This document shows, one piece after another, positions 38,182-49,200 of a stretch of 64,000 nucleotides of DNA (positions are counted from its first letter, which is position 1; the number at the start of each line of letters is the position of its first letter). A program made the translations under genes and the position numbers. Source of the DNA: Marsupella aquatica (lineage: Eukaryota; Plantae; Marchantiophyta); NCBI GenBank assembly GCA_973895155.1, contig OZ316899.1:13519934-13583933 (forward strand), given 5' to 3'. The notes beneath the pieces were generated by a model, which made no database searches, was not told the DNA's origin, and worked only from the letters and a program-made list of their open reading frames with translations.

Positions 38182-39667
38182 TGTATTAAAATCCTATACC
38201 AATAAATCCCAAAAGCCCTCAAAGCCCTAAAGTCCTTCAAAGAGAATTGGGATCAATTATAGTAAAAGAGTAAATCTAGGTACCACTTACTAGCCAAAAC
38301 ACCTTGACTTATCCTTGCATCCATCACTCAATGTTGAGCAAGTTAAGGCCCTATAATTACATTACTATACAACTTAGCTTTATAAATCTAGGGTGCAATA
38401 AATTAAGCATGCAATCACAACCATATTTTAGTTATCTTAGGAAATACAAAGTCATGAACTAACCCCAAAATTGTAGTTGCGAATAAGGAACTTGCAAGAG
38501 GCCGGGTAACATATACACAATATGCCATCCCGTTCACGGTGTTACCTAAAAAAACCCGGATATATTCAAAATGACCACAAAAAAGTGACTACAACCCTCC
38601 CTTCTATTACCCCACCCAATTACTTAATTCCATGCTCCACATACAAACCCAAACACCCAAACTAAACCCAAAGTAAATAGATTTGACCTCCTATGGGACC
38701 AAAACATGGAATCCGTTATAGCTGATCGAGGGGTCCGATACTAAAACAAACGGAAGCAGCATTGTAAAAGCAGGAGAAAGAAAAGCAAGGAGGGGTCCAA
38801 AGCAAAATGCATCAGAAGGTCCGATTGTAGGTCCAATTCTTTTGGCTTCGGACATTGCGTTGCATAAAGTATCGGAAACAATAGACCTGTTTTCAAAAAA
38901 TAAGTCCCGATGCGGATGCGAAGATCCGGGCATCGGGCCAAGCTTCGCATTCCGTGTTTTGCAAGGCCGGGAGGCTCAGGTAGACGTTGGTGGGCAAGGA
39001 GAGAGACATGGTGGGAGGAGGATCAGGTGGTGGGGACGGGGCTGGACCCTCTCGGCCCTATGATGAGATTATGAGGGTGATTTTTATGCGTAGGGCAAGA
39101 CTAAGTGCTGAGGATGCAGAGAGAGTTGTGCCACTTCTTCAGACCTTGATTGATGGATCCAGGATTGAGTTTTAGGGAGGCTGCAACCATTGCTGCAGAG
39201 AGAGCTGTAAAGAAGAAGCGAAAGGAGGCAAAGAGAGGCAGGGAAGATGGTGAGGAATCCCTCCTCCCCGAAAAAGAGAGAGGAAGCTTCGTGTGATGCC
39301 TAGACAGGAATCACTCGGCCAGTTAAGTGGGTAAAGCAGGAAGGCACCCTAGGAACACCTTAGTATAGGGACAAAACAAGGAAAATATAAACAATTAGGG
39401 GCAACCATGGAACCCGGGCTGAGGCCGGAGGTAAGGACGCTGAGGGTGAAAACTCGATTAGGGTTAGGGCGCGTTAAGCGTCGGCGGCTAGGAAGGATCA
39501 ATGGGAAGAAGGACTGGCAGAGGAGAGGGGTAAGGAGCGCTTGCAGGAGATGGTGGCTCATTTGCGAGCACGAACTAGGCAGACTACTACGGGAGGCCAA
39601 CTACTGTCAGCTGCTTAGGCAAGCACTCGGGGAGAGAGTAGATACCGACGATCGACCTAAGGAGGGT

Positions 39668-42600
39668 ATGAGCAACGTCAATCAAGCGGCACATTTCTGG
39701 GGATGCCTGTTCGAACGGGCAACTGAGTACATCAAGACTTACGAGGACGAGGACGAGGAAAGGGCAGCTCGAGAACGGTAGGAGCTCGCTCGATTGTGGG
39801 AGCTGCAGAAGACGGCTTTCTTAGGAGGCGAACTCATCAAGGACGAGTTCCTGTGGACGCCTACTTCCAATCAACTCGACGATCTTCTGTTTTGCAAAGA
39901 CAGCGTCGTCGGCATTCGAGAGGCCATCAAGAACTGCAATGACATACACTGGGAATTAAAGGGTAGCACGGAAAGGTGGACCCAGGCAACGGTGCTAGGA
40001 GAAACCTCCACGGCAGCAGAGATGAAGAGGAAGGGAGCCGTCAACGATGAAGCCACCCCGGCAAAAAGAACGAGGTCGGCGGCACCAAAGAAGCCAGCCG
40101 GGCAGCAGAGCAGGAGGCAGGGAGAAGCCGAAGAGGAGGAGGTCGATCCCATCAAGGCCATTCCAACCAGGGATGACACCTGGAAGGGCTGGGCGGCAAC
40201 CCTACCGGTGGAGGTGCAACTACATTTTGCACGGGAGGAGGATGCATGCTTTACGGCCATGCAGACCAAGAAGTACCAAGGCTTCATGGCCGGATCCGGC
40301 TTAGAGGCCTTTGTAAGATTACCATGGCTGAAGCCGGAGGTACCGGAGTCAGACCTATTAGAATTCGTGGGGTCATGGGAACCCGAGACCAATTGCACGA
40401 GGATATATGGGAAGGATTTCTATCTTACTCCCAAGGTAATTGCCGAAGTGTTTGGCTTGCCGATAGGCAATAAGACCAAAGTTGATACTAGGAAGACCTT
40501 GCCTGACAAGGAGTTCCGGTCGTTCCCCGGGCCATCAACGAAGAATGGCTTCTTCCGGAACACTTGCACCAACCCGCACATAGGAGAGATGATCGACTTC
40601 TTGCGGGTGACCATGCATTGTAACTTGCCGAGGGCAGAGATCGGCAAGGCACAGGTCTATCTGGCAGAGAGGCCAGACCCAAGCCGGGACTACAACGGGT
40701 ACCTCCTCAACCAATTGAAGAAGATCTTAAAGGAGGAGCAGCAGGTAATCGGCATGGGGAGCGTGTCGCGGCTTGGCTATCACATGCCGCTGTTGTGCCG
40801 GTATGCCAGAGGTCAGACTTTTGCCCCAGTACTTCCCCTACAGGTAAGGGCACCCGAGGAAGCTCCAACGCCGAGGCCATTGGCTGAGAAGCCTCAACCA
40901 CCTGTTAGCCCTACGATCGAGCAGGTGTTTAGGCCCAGGAAGGAGGACTTGCCGATGCAGCAACCAGGCATGCAGAGTCTGCTGAAACTACTGGAGAAAG
41001 AAAAGAGATCGGCATCGGCAACAACAACGGCAACGGCAACAATGCAGGACACTACTACAGAGGTAGGCCTACACCGGCTCACAAGAGAAAACCCCTTTGC
41101 TGGAGACAAGGAGAGAATCAGGCCGGAATCCAAGCCAGGTGTTCGAATGTATGTGGGAATCTCAAGCTCCGAATTTGAGGCAGAATTGCCTGAAGCTCCT
41201 ACCGACGAAGAGGAGAGGGAGAAGCCGGACGTCCAAGAAGTAGAGGAGGCAGTGGAGGACTGCAGCCATGATAATTCCGGCTATGGGTCGGACCATCACG
41301 TTCCAGGAGTAAGGACCTGTGGCCGGTTTGTCCCCACACTTCCAAGGGTAGTGCGAGGGGACCCCAACCAGCAGAGTAGCCCTGAGTCTCCCCCACCAGA
41401 TGTTGCTCCCCTGAGCTTTGACGGCATAAAACAGACGGTGCAGGAATTTCAGGAGCGAATCAGGCAGGAAGAGGAGGCAGCCCTGGCTAGGGAAAAGGAT
41501 TTACCAGGAGGAGATTGGCCGGAGGACATCAGGCGGCTAGCCGAAAAAGGAAGCAAACCTCTAGCCACGATTGAAGAGATCCGCAAGACGGCTTGGGAGC
41601 AGAGGCCGCGATGGGCGATGCCGATCACTTCTACTTACTCCACCTACGCTAAGAATAGAGCCATGGAGTATGGTGAGATGTGTGGGGAACTTGCGCTCGG
41701 CATCTTTGGAGAGGAGTTGGAGGTAGGACCCTTTTTCCATAGGGAGCAGTTGGAGAAGCACCAATTAGAAGAAGCGGTGGCTTTAGAGAGAAGCAAGAAG
41801 GACGAGGTCATTTGGCGGCTTAGGAGGATGGAAGCCGAGATTGAGATCTAAGGGCGGCCAAGAAAGCCCAAGATGAACTGCGGATTAAACGGCATGAGCT
41901 GAACATCATGCAGGGGCAGTTGGACACCGCGCAGGTTGATAATCAGAATATCAAGGATAAACTGACTCAGACGCAGGGAGAGTTGGCCGACACGATCAAA
42001 GAGAGGGAGAAGTGGAAGCGAGAGCTGAAGAATACAGAGGAGGCCCACATAACAGCCAATAGCCGGGCCATGGCGGAGACCCAAAGAAAGGAATGGGCGT
42101 TGAAGGGGGAGCTCGAGAAAATCCGCGGAGCCCTTGAGCAGAAGGAGGCCAAGTTAGGGAAATCCTATCAAGGGATTATGGCGCTGCAGCAGGAGCTTGC
42201 GTCCCTGACGGCCAGCTTCAAGGCCGACCTAAGGGAGAACGACGAGATACTCGATCAGACTTACGCCAAGATGAACCAGATGGAGTCTGTCATCATTGCA
42301 GAGCTCGACAAGGAGCTAAGAGCAACCCGGGAGGAGAGGACTACCTTGAAACAAGAACGGGAGGAAGCCCAGAAGGAACTAGAGGAGGCGCGCAAGGACC
42401 TGGATGAGACCCAAGAGGAGTTGGAGGAAATCACGAGGAAGATGGAGAACCTCCAGCGGCGGGCCGACAACCAAACGGAGCGGCTGAAGAAACAAGCCGC
42501 AGTATTTAAGTGCTTGTCTTCATCAGGCCCAACTCCAATTGGGGCAACCAAGTTACCAGGAGTGGTACTGGCCGAAGAAAAAGCCGCGCCACCTGCATCA

Positions 42601-43041
42601 GTGCCGGAAGTAAGTGGGAAGGGGAAGGGACCAGCTGCCAAACCAGAAAAGAAGAAGAAGCGGAAACCTTCAGGGTCAAGGAGTAATCCGACTCCACAAG
42701 CCGTGGTAACCAAGGAGGTAGAACCAGCACCATCCTCCGGCATAAATACGACAATAGATCCCGCTATCATCACAGGTGGGGGTGGTGCGGCCCAAGCCGA
42801 ACTACTCAGTAATGAGGCCGGTATCCCAGATCCGCCTCTTGAGCAGGCCAGGGAGACCGTAGCCGAGGCTGAGGCCGTAACCGATTCCCGAGCCAATGCC
42901 GACGCTGATGGTGGACCCAGTCAGGCCGATGGAGAGTTGACTCAGTCAAGGGCAGGTAATCTGTCAGAGAATGAACCTACGGCAGTGGCTGAGGAGGAAG
43001 CGTTGGGGGCGTCCATTAAGGATCCACCACCGGTGTCGTGA
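39668..43041 (+). pseudogene. LTR-encoded ORF of family B (~1120 aa; one stop at 39779, one frameshift near 41845)
   Basis: Starts MSNVNQAAHFW. Has a GLEAFVRLPW..EFV..TRIYGKDFYLT..VFGLP domain, a long coiled coil and a KKKKRK basic patch. Confidence 0.85.
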
Positions 43042-43308
43042 TGGTGCAAGGGCGCCATTCCTTTTAGGGAGGGCGGACGTGGAGGGAGGAGGCGTGAGTG
43101 GGCAGGGCGGGCGCTGATCTCCAAGTTTAGGATTAGGATCAGGACCAGGAGCGGCCCTGACACTTAGCTTAGTGGGATTGCGGTTCCACTGGTAGGAGCA
43201 ACACTTGTGCTCCTGCCTTGCTGTACATAGGTAGATTCAGGCAAGTAGATTACTGTTAGGTAGATTAGGCTTACAATGCAAAGAATGGCGGATCCACTAC
43301 CAGGATAA

Positions 43309-43651
43309 ATCACCCTATTCATTAAAAGTGTATTTTATTTTGTTCACTTTTAGGCCTCTAAATGTTCACTTTTTGATCTCTAAATGTACACTTTTTAAAC
43401 CCAAAAGGTACACTATGGTATAATACTCTACACCTAAATGATCAATTGTAAACTTGAGGTGACAAAAATGATCTTGACTAGAAGGAGTCTCATCCTAGTT
43501 CATTTACAAAAGATGAACATGGTGGTATATCTAATGGCCATCAACTTTGTTTCTTGCCTATTTGTACACTTTTTGAAGGCCAAATGCACACTTTTTATTG
43601 CCCAAATGTTCATAAATTGAATAATAATTCACTTTTAATGAATAGATTGAT
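43309..43651. mobile_element. MITE-like insertion, 343 bp, TIR ATCAnnCTATTCATTAAAAGTG, TSD ATAA
   Basis: Absent from the other two B copies (empty site CAGG-ATAA-GTACC near 8459). ATAA at 43305-43308 and 43652-43655. Confidence 0.88.
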
Positions 43652-46600
43652 ATAAGTACCTGGGCAGCGGGGAGCTCAGGGCCTCTTCTTTAGCAAGTTT
43701 TTAGTTTGCACCAGCCGGGCTGGGATCAAGTAGTACGAGAAGCTCTCGGTTAGTCATACAGTGACCCTTGTGTATATTCATGTTTCCTCATGCCTAAGAG
43801 CTGAATAGAGTTGGCCTCACGGCTTAGTTCGCAGAGCTTGTGTATGAGATGTACTGTTTGTATGGCAAGTGCATGGTATGACTCAGTCAGAATGAGTCAT
43901 TTTGCTATTTGTGTGTCGCATTAACTTGTGTGAAGAGTGCCCACATCAACCAGAAGGAAGAAAAGTAAGCAGGGGAGTGAGAGTTGGATGTGTCGAGCTG
44001 AGAGAGGTCTTAGCGGCTTAACCAAGCCTATTGGGGATCATTCCGGCGGCGGAATCCAAACATACCTAACAAGACGGAGGGGAAGACAGGGGAAGGCCTA
44101 GATTAGGCCGGCTACATATCTCATGACCCGATGAAGGATCTGTCCAGTATATGTGTGTAAAATGTTAATAGTAGTAGTAGAAGGTTAGCAGCGTCCCATG
44201 CCGCTAAGCCGCGAAAACGGCCTCGCCAAGCGCGAAACCTGCGGGAATCGGCTTGAGCTGGGGGTTTCTTGGGTTTAGGGAGCCATGGGACGCACCACAC
44301 TTCGCAAGGCAGCTAAGGAGGCTGAGAAGAAGAGAGTGGAGGATTTAAAGCGAAAGGAAGCTAAGAGAGCTCTGAGGCCTGAGCTAGCCCTAAACTCAGG
44401 TGGCTCCCCAATGCCGAGACGATACAATCTCTTCCGCAGCCAGTTCAAGCAGGTGGTGAGGCCAATTTGGGGCCATTAGATTACTGGGGAAGGAAGACTG
44501 AGGAGGAGAAAGGTTGAATTTGAGAGCAAGTGAAGGAGCGATTCAGGAATGGGGCCTCCCTTGATGACAGGTTCTTGAATAAGAGGATATCAGCTTCACT
44601 TTCAGACATGCGAAATCATCAGAGAGAGAAGTTCAGGAAGTACCTTGCTGATTTGCCAATTGATTCAGAGGTGGTGAGGGAGCAGGGCTGTCCAGATGTG
44701 CTCTCCCCAAATGAGTGGGCAGCTTGGCTTGAGGAGGAATTAGCAATCCGAGCCTGGCAAAAAAAGAGACAATGGGACCACGAAATCAGCTTGGCAGAGG
44801 AGAAGCGGAAGGCTGGGGAGGAAATTGACATCCTCTCCCTCCAACAGAACCTACGGCCCAGTGGGGGGCTCAAGCAGTACGATTAAAAGAGCCACCCAAG
44901 GACATCATCAAAGCATTGGAGCGAGTCCAAGGGCGGCCCATCGTCACTCACCGCATGGGGCAAGGAGGCTCCAATCGACTGAAAGCAGAGTTCGTAAGTG
45001 CCTTCTCCCTCCTCCCTAGCTCCTCCCCCCCAACCACCTGACCTTCTCTTGCAAAGAGTGACTCAATTTCTGCTGCCGAATGCCTTTATGCCGTTTCAGC
45101 CCGATGTTTTTTGCTCTCGGGACTGTTCTGTCCGATACTCATCCAAAGCTTTTAGCATCGGACCTAGTATCGGACTTGTTGTTATGCCATTTAGGGTTAC
45201 CGGGATCCAATACTGTTCCGTTGCTTTAAGTATCGGAAATAGCATCGGACCCCTCATAAGAACAACGGGTTTTTTTAAATGTTGCTCTTTCACTCAATTA
45301 GGGGTATGGGTTTGCATTCTTCAGTACCCTAAGAAGGCATGGGACCCCTTACAAGAATTGGGAAAAGTTGGGCCGATGCAAAGACTAGTTTTCATGCTAA
45401 TGGGTTTCTCGTTTGGTATTGTGATGTGTCAGGAACGGGACTGGGATCGACCTATTGGGCCGTCAGAGAGGGAGTTAGCAAAGAGGGATGGACCCTGAGC
45501 TCTTAAGCTCCACCTTGAGGAGGAGCTGGGAGAGGTAATTGGTGTTGAATTGGCCCTATATAGGTTCAATTTTTTTTTGGTTGTGGTCAATATTAGAGAG
45601 CTTTCAAGGAACTATGTTTTCAAATGCAATTTAACCCTACTTATGTATTGTGCAGGACGAGGAGACAGGGTCTGATGAGGGTGAGGAGGGTGAGGGAGAG
45701 GAGGGTGAGGGTGAGGAGGAGGGTGATGGTGAAGAAGGAGAGGATGGCGAGGGAGAGGAGGGAGATGATTCTGAGGCGTCTGTGCCCTTAGAGGGTGCGG
45801 CAGAGCGATCGGGGAGGGTGCCCCGAGTTACCCCTACCCCTGTAGTCCCTCATGTTGCCCCCACATCAGCACAGAGGGGTAGGTCACATGGTGTTCATGG
45901 TGTGGCCTCCCATCAGTCGGGAGTGTCACGGAGTGTGAGGCCCAGCCCCTCAGGGGGTAGTAGAGGTGGCGCGGGACCAGGCCATTGCTCTGGAGTACTA
46001 TCCGATACACCTGGCTCTTCTCGACGAGTGGGTCGTGACATGGAGGATGGTGGCTCTAGGGGGCGAGCGCCATCACGTGAGTATGGTGGGAGTACCGCAC
46101 GGCATGGGCCACAGACAGCATTTGCAGGGGATGCATCCCATCACTCTCAAGGTCTACCAAAGGGGGAGATGGCTCCTTCCACTCTGCCATGTCAGGGGGT
46201 TTAGAGGCATCTATTGCACCTCAGCATCCTAGCGGTGCATCTAGTGGGTCAGGGTCCCGGCCAGCATCAGGCCAACCCACTGGTGAGCAGGTGGTTGCCA
46301 CGGTTGTGGGCAGCCAGAGAGAGGAGGGGTCTTGTGTTCCTGGACCTGTACCACCCCCTCGTTCTCGCCCGAAGAAGAAGAAGGGACGCAACACACCTTT
46401 TTAGAGCTTAGTGGCATGAGCTAGATATGTAGTGCATGGTAGCTTTTATACTAGCATATATATGTACCATCTAGTATAGTAAGCTACCTAGGCTACTACA
46501 TATTGTACATACCAGGGGGTTTCCCTTTTTGAATATGACATTTTGAGCTTGTACATATAACATTCTTTTGCATCAATCATAATTTAACCCAATTTGGCCC

Positions 46601-46689
46601 ATTTCACCATGAAACTAACCCTAAACCCTCAAATACCAACCCCATGAGGCCCACTCTTCTATCAAGAAAGAATCACCCTTGTCCGTTAC

Positions 46690-47270
46690 TAGTCCAATGC
46701 AATATACATCGGAAAAACACCTAATTATCCCATGCTTTCAGTATCGGGACATCCGATACTCTGCTCTTCGAAAAGTCCTATACTAAATGCATCGGACCCC
46801 TCGTCCAGCAAGCATGACAAAATTCCAATGTCCGATACCGACCACTTTGGACCATCCAATATAAAAACAATCGGATTGTCTGATACATGCAACATTGGAC
46901 CTTCCGATCTGTAATCCAACGGATGTTGTGATACTAAACGCATCGGAAACTCCGATGCTATAAATTACGCACATTGCGAAGCTCTAGGTAACAGAAATTC
47001 TGATATGATATGTATTGGACGCCAAGTTTTGCGATTAAGGTCACCCAAGTGGATATCCGACTCTCTTTACATCGGATACAAAATAGTCCAAAATGGTTTG
47101 CTTCGGAAATACCGATGTAGAGAGAAACGGAAATTTTGAAGGTTGTCCGATGGTCGGTGTCCGATATGTGGAGAATGGGAACATACGAAGCGGGTTACAT
47201 CGGAAGTACCAAATTTAGTGTGCAACTTTCGTGAAGGGATCCGATGGAGATGGCATCGGATAAAGGCCCG
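46690..47270. repeat. CACTA right subterminal repeats (TCCGAT/ATCGGA)
   Basis: Same hexamer array as at the left end. Confidence 0.85.
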
Positions 47271-47287
47271 AAAATGTACTAGTGGTC

Positions 47288-48152
47288 TCCGGACAGGTTC
47301 CGGATCTTTGACTGGATCCGGTTCTGGACTTTGAACTAACCTCTTCCGGATCCTGGGAGGTCGCACTTCAACAATCGGCTCTTCTTCTGATTCTATCCCC
47401 TCTGATTGCTACCGGTCTGGATCTCCAAGTTGAGCCAACATGGCTTGGTTCTCATACTCCTCTGCTTCTTTGTCTGTCAGCACCGGGTCCATGGAGTACA
47501 GGTTAGCCAGTTAGCACAAAAGGGAGGTGGGGGTCTTCAAATAAAGATTTTGGACTTCCTTAGCAATGACCTCCTCCAACACCTTCGCCCAAGAAATCTT
47601 CTTCTCACCAACGTAGGAAGCGGCAATGGTATTCCCAATCCGGATTGTAACTTGGCGAGGTTTGGCACGGGATAGAATTGGAAACAGGATGGACAGGACA
47701 TCAAAAAACTCCTCATTACAACACTGAGACACCTTCCAACCATCCTTTAGATCTACTTTGCCATCAAAATAGTTGTTGGCAAAATTCTCCTTCAAAGTTA
47801 GAAAGCTCTCTCCTTTCAATGGCACATCCAACAATGATGAAATGACAACCGCTGTCCACTTTTCCGGATTTCCTCTAATAGAATCCAGAAATTCCAAAGT
47901 AAGTGTCGCACAATTCCGGACCTCCTTCACAAACACTACACTCTGGTAACCCCATGGTAACTCAAGTAGCTTCGCACAGCCCCTCACCTCTAAATTGTTA
48001 TGAAGTCGGGCCTTCCTTTCCGGATCCGACGGGATCTTGGGTCGCAATGGTTTCTCATTAACCATGACAGTCTGCTCCTTGGTCGTACGCTTAGGCATCG
48101 TCCGGATTCCGGATTTGTCTAGGGAAAAATCCGGATCCTTTCTCTTCACCAT
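47288..48152 (-). pseudogene. N-terminal half of the family C LTR ORF (whole ORF ~550 aa, two in-frame stops)
   Basis: Contains GCAKLLELPW..IRGNPEKWT..DGWKVSQC..ISWA. ORFs 47511-48152 and 47067-47366 are in one frame. Confidence 0.8.
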
Positions 48153-48671
48153 GATGAGGCGATGGAGAGAAAGAAACCAAATTAAAAATCCCTTTACAAA
48201 AATCCAAAAATCTCAAATCTAAAAATTGGAATCAAGTCGCCACTTCCCCACTCAATCGAACGATCACCCACTTCCCTTGTAACCAGTTCCTCATGACTAA
48301 TGCCTAAAATTGGCAGCCTCGTCCGGCTCTATTCTCTCCAATCCTTCAGACTAAAGATTTCCGCAACATCTCAATGTGTGGACTGTAGCCCGAACAATCA
48401 CCTTAAGAACTTGGAAACCAAGTCTCAGTCTCCGGCCGAATGCTCAACTTATGGTTTTATCTTCATTCTCATACGCCTTCTCTCATGGTGCGACTATACC
48501 AGTATTTTAAAGTTCCAAAAAGAGTGTTATCCGGATATGTCCGGATTTTATACTATAAACTAGACTTTGTAGCCATTTCTGGATTTATTATACTCCATTA
48601 ACCTGGTAAAGAGACAAAAATTTCAAAAAAATTCACTTTTTAATTTCTTTGGACATATCCATGATATCACA
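47288..48671 (-). mobile_element. Family C 5' LTR, 5' portion (whole LTR ~3206 bp)
   Basis: Minus-strand start TGTGATATC at 48671, immediately followed on the plus strand by chromovirus LTR sequence (AAGTACGTCC, compare 56095). Confidence 0.82.
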
Positions 48672-48782
48672 AAGTACGTCCTCCCCGGATGGCCTATCCG
48701 GGCCTGGACCATAAGGGAGCTTGGCATCAGAGTTAGTGATGCTAGAGCTAAGTGTTAAGGTAGTTGAGTTCTGCGACTTGCA

Positions 48783-48791
48783 CCCCCCCTT
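48783..48791 (-). promoter_or_regulatory. Polypurine tract (AAGGGGGGG) of the chromovirus
   Basis: Purine run directly before the TG that starts the 3' LTR on the minus strand. Confidence 0.8.
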
Positions 48792-49200
48792 AAAAATGGT
48801 CACATCCGCGTGACCTCAGTAAACATTCCAGCACGCGTAGACCACTTTAGGCCTTAAAAACATTTATGAGGTAACAAATGGTTTGCCCATAAGGCTGATG
48901 CAAACCAGGTTGGTATGCGCATTCCAACCTGTCCCACTTATCCAAGTAGGATGCCAGTCCAAGCGGGTAAGCTAACTCCAAACTTGTTGGAGCCATTTTT
49001 CTCTCCTTGGGGTACTCCCCTTTGGTTCCAACCAGCCCGCCCACGGATTTGAGGTGGGGACCATCAACTTCCACTTGCAAAAAGCAACTTGGCCGCCCAA
49101 CAACCTCTAGCGCCCACACAATCCAACTTTACCTCAAGAGGCCGGGAGGAGTGAAACTAGGATACAACTCACAAAGGTAGCTACAACTGCCTGTACCAGT

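Larger units (their letters stand above)
39292..44299 (+). mobile_element. Solo LTR of family B (~4.66 kb plus a 343-bp MITE), TSD CTTCG
   Basis: Termini TGTGATGC...GCACCACA. CTTCG at 39287-39291 and 44300-44304. The same 3' end occurs at 13122 and 30428. No family B internal region is in the window, so LTR status is inferred from termini, TSD and ORF homology to A and C. Confidence 0.85.
39008..46404 (+). pseudogene. CACTA TnpA-like (Ptta/En/Spm-type) second gene, interrupted by solo LTR B; predicted introns 44994-45432 and 45535-45655
   Basis: Coding-like sequence on both sides of the CTTCG TSD. Motifs CPDVLSPNEWAAWL and HRMGQGG, GT-AG junctions and an acidic/Gly-rich tail. Lies inside the CACTA TIRs. 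Confidence 0.62.
23125..47284. mobile_element. CACTA/EnSpm DNA transposon with nested insertions, TSD GTC
   Basis: Perfect 14-bp TIR CACTAGTACATTTT / AAAATGTACTAGTG. GTC at 23122-23124 and 47285-47287. Subterminal repeats and a transposase lie inside. Confidence 0.95.

Noticed and set aside
39458-39469. TTAGGG x2 and scattered TTTAGGG as an interstitial telomere
   Set aside because: Only one or two units, internal to LTRs. At most these are telobox-like motifs.
39407-39667. Upstream ATG as the start of the family B protein
   Set aside because: It lies only ~15 nt after the candidate TATA box. Homology to the family A N-terminus points to the ATG at 39668. Not fully excluded.
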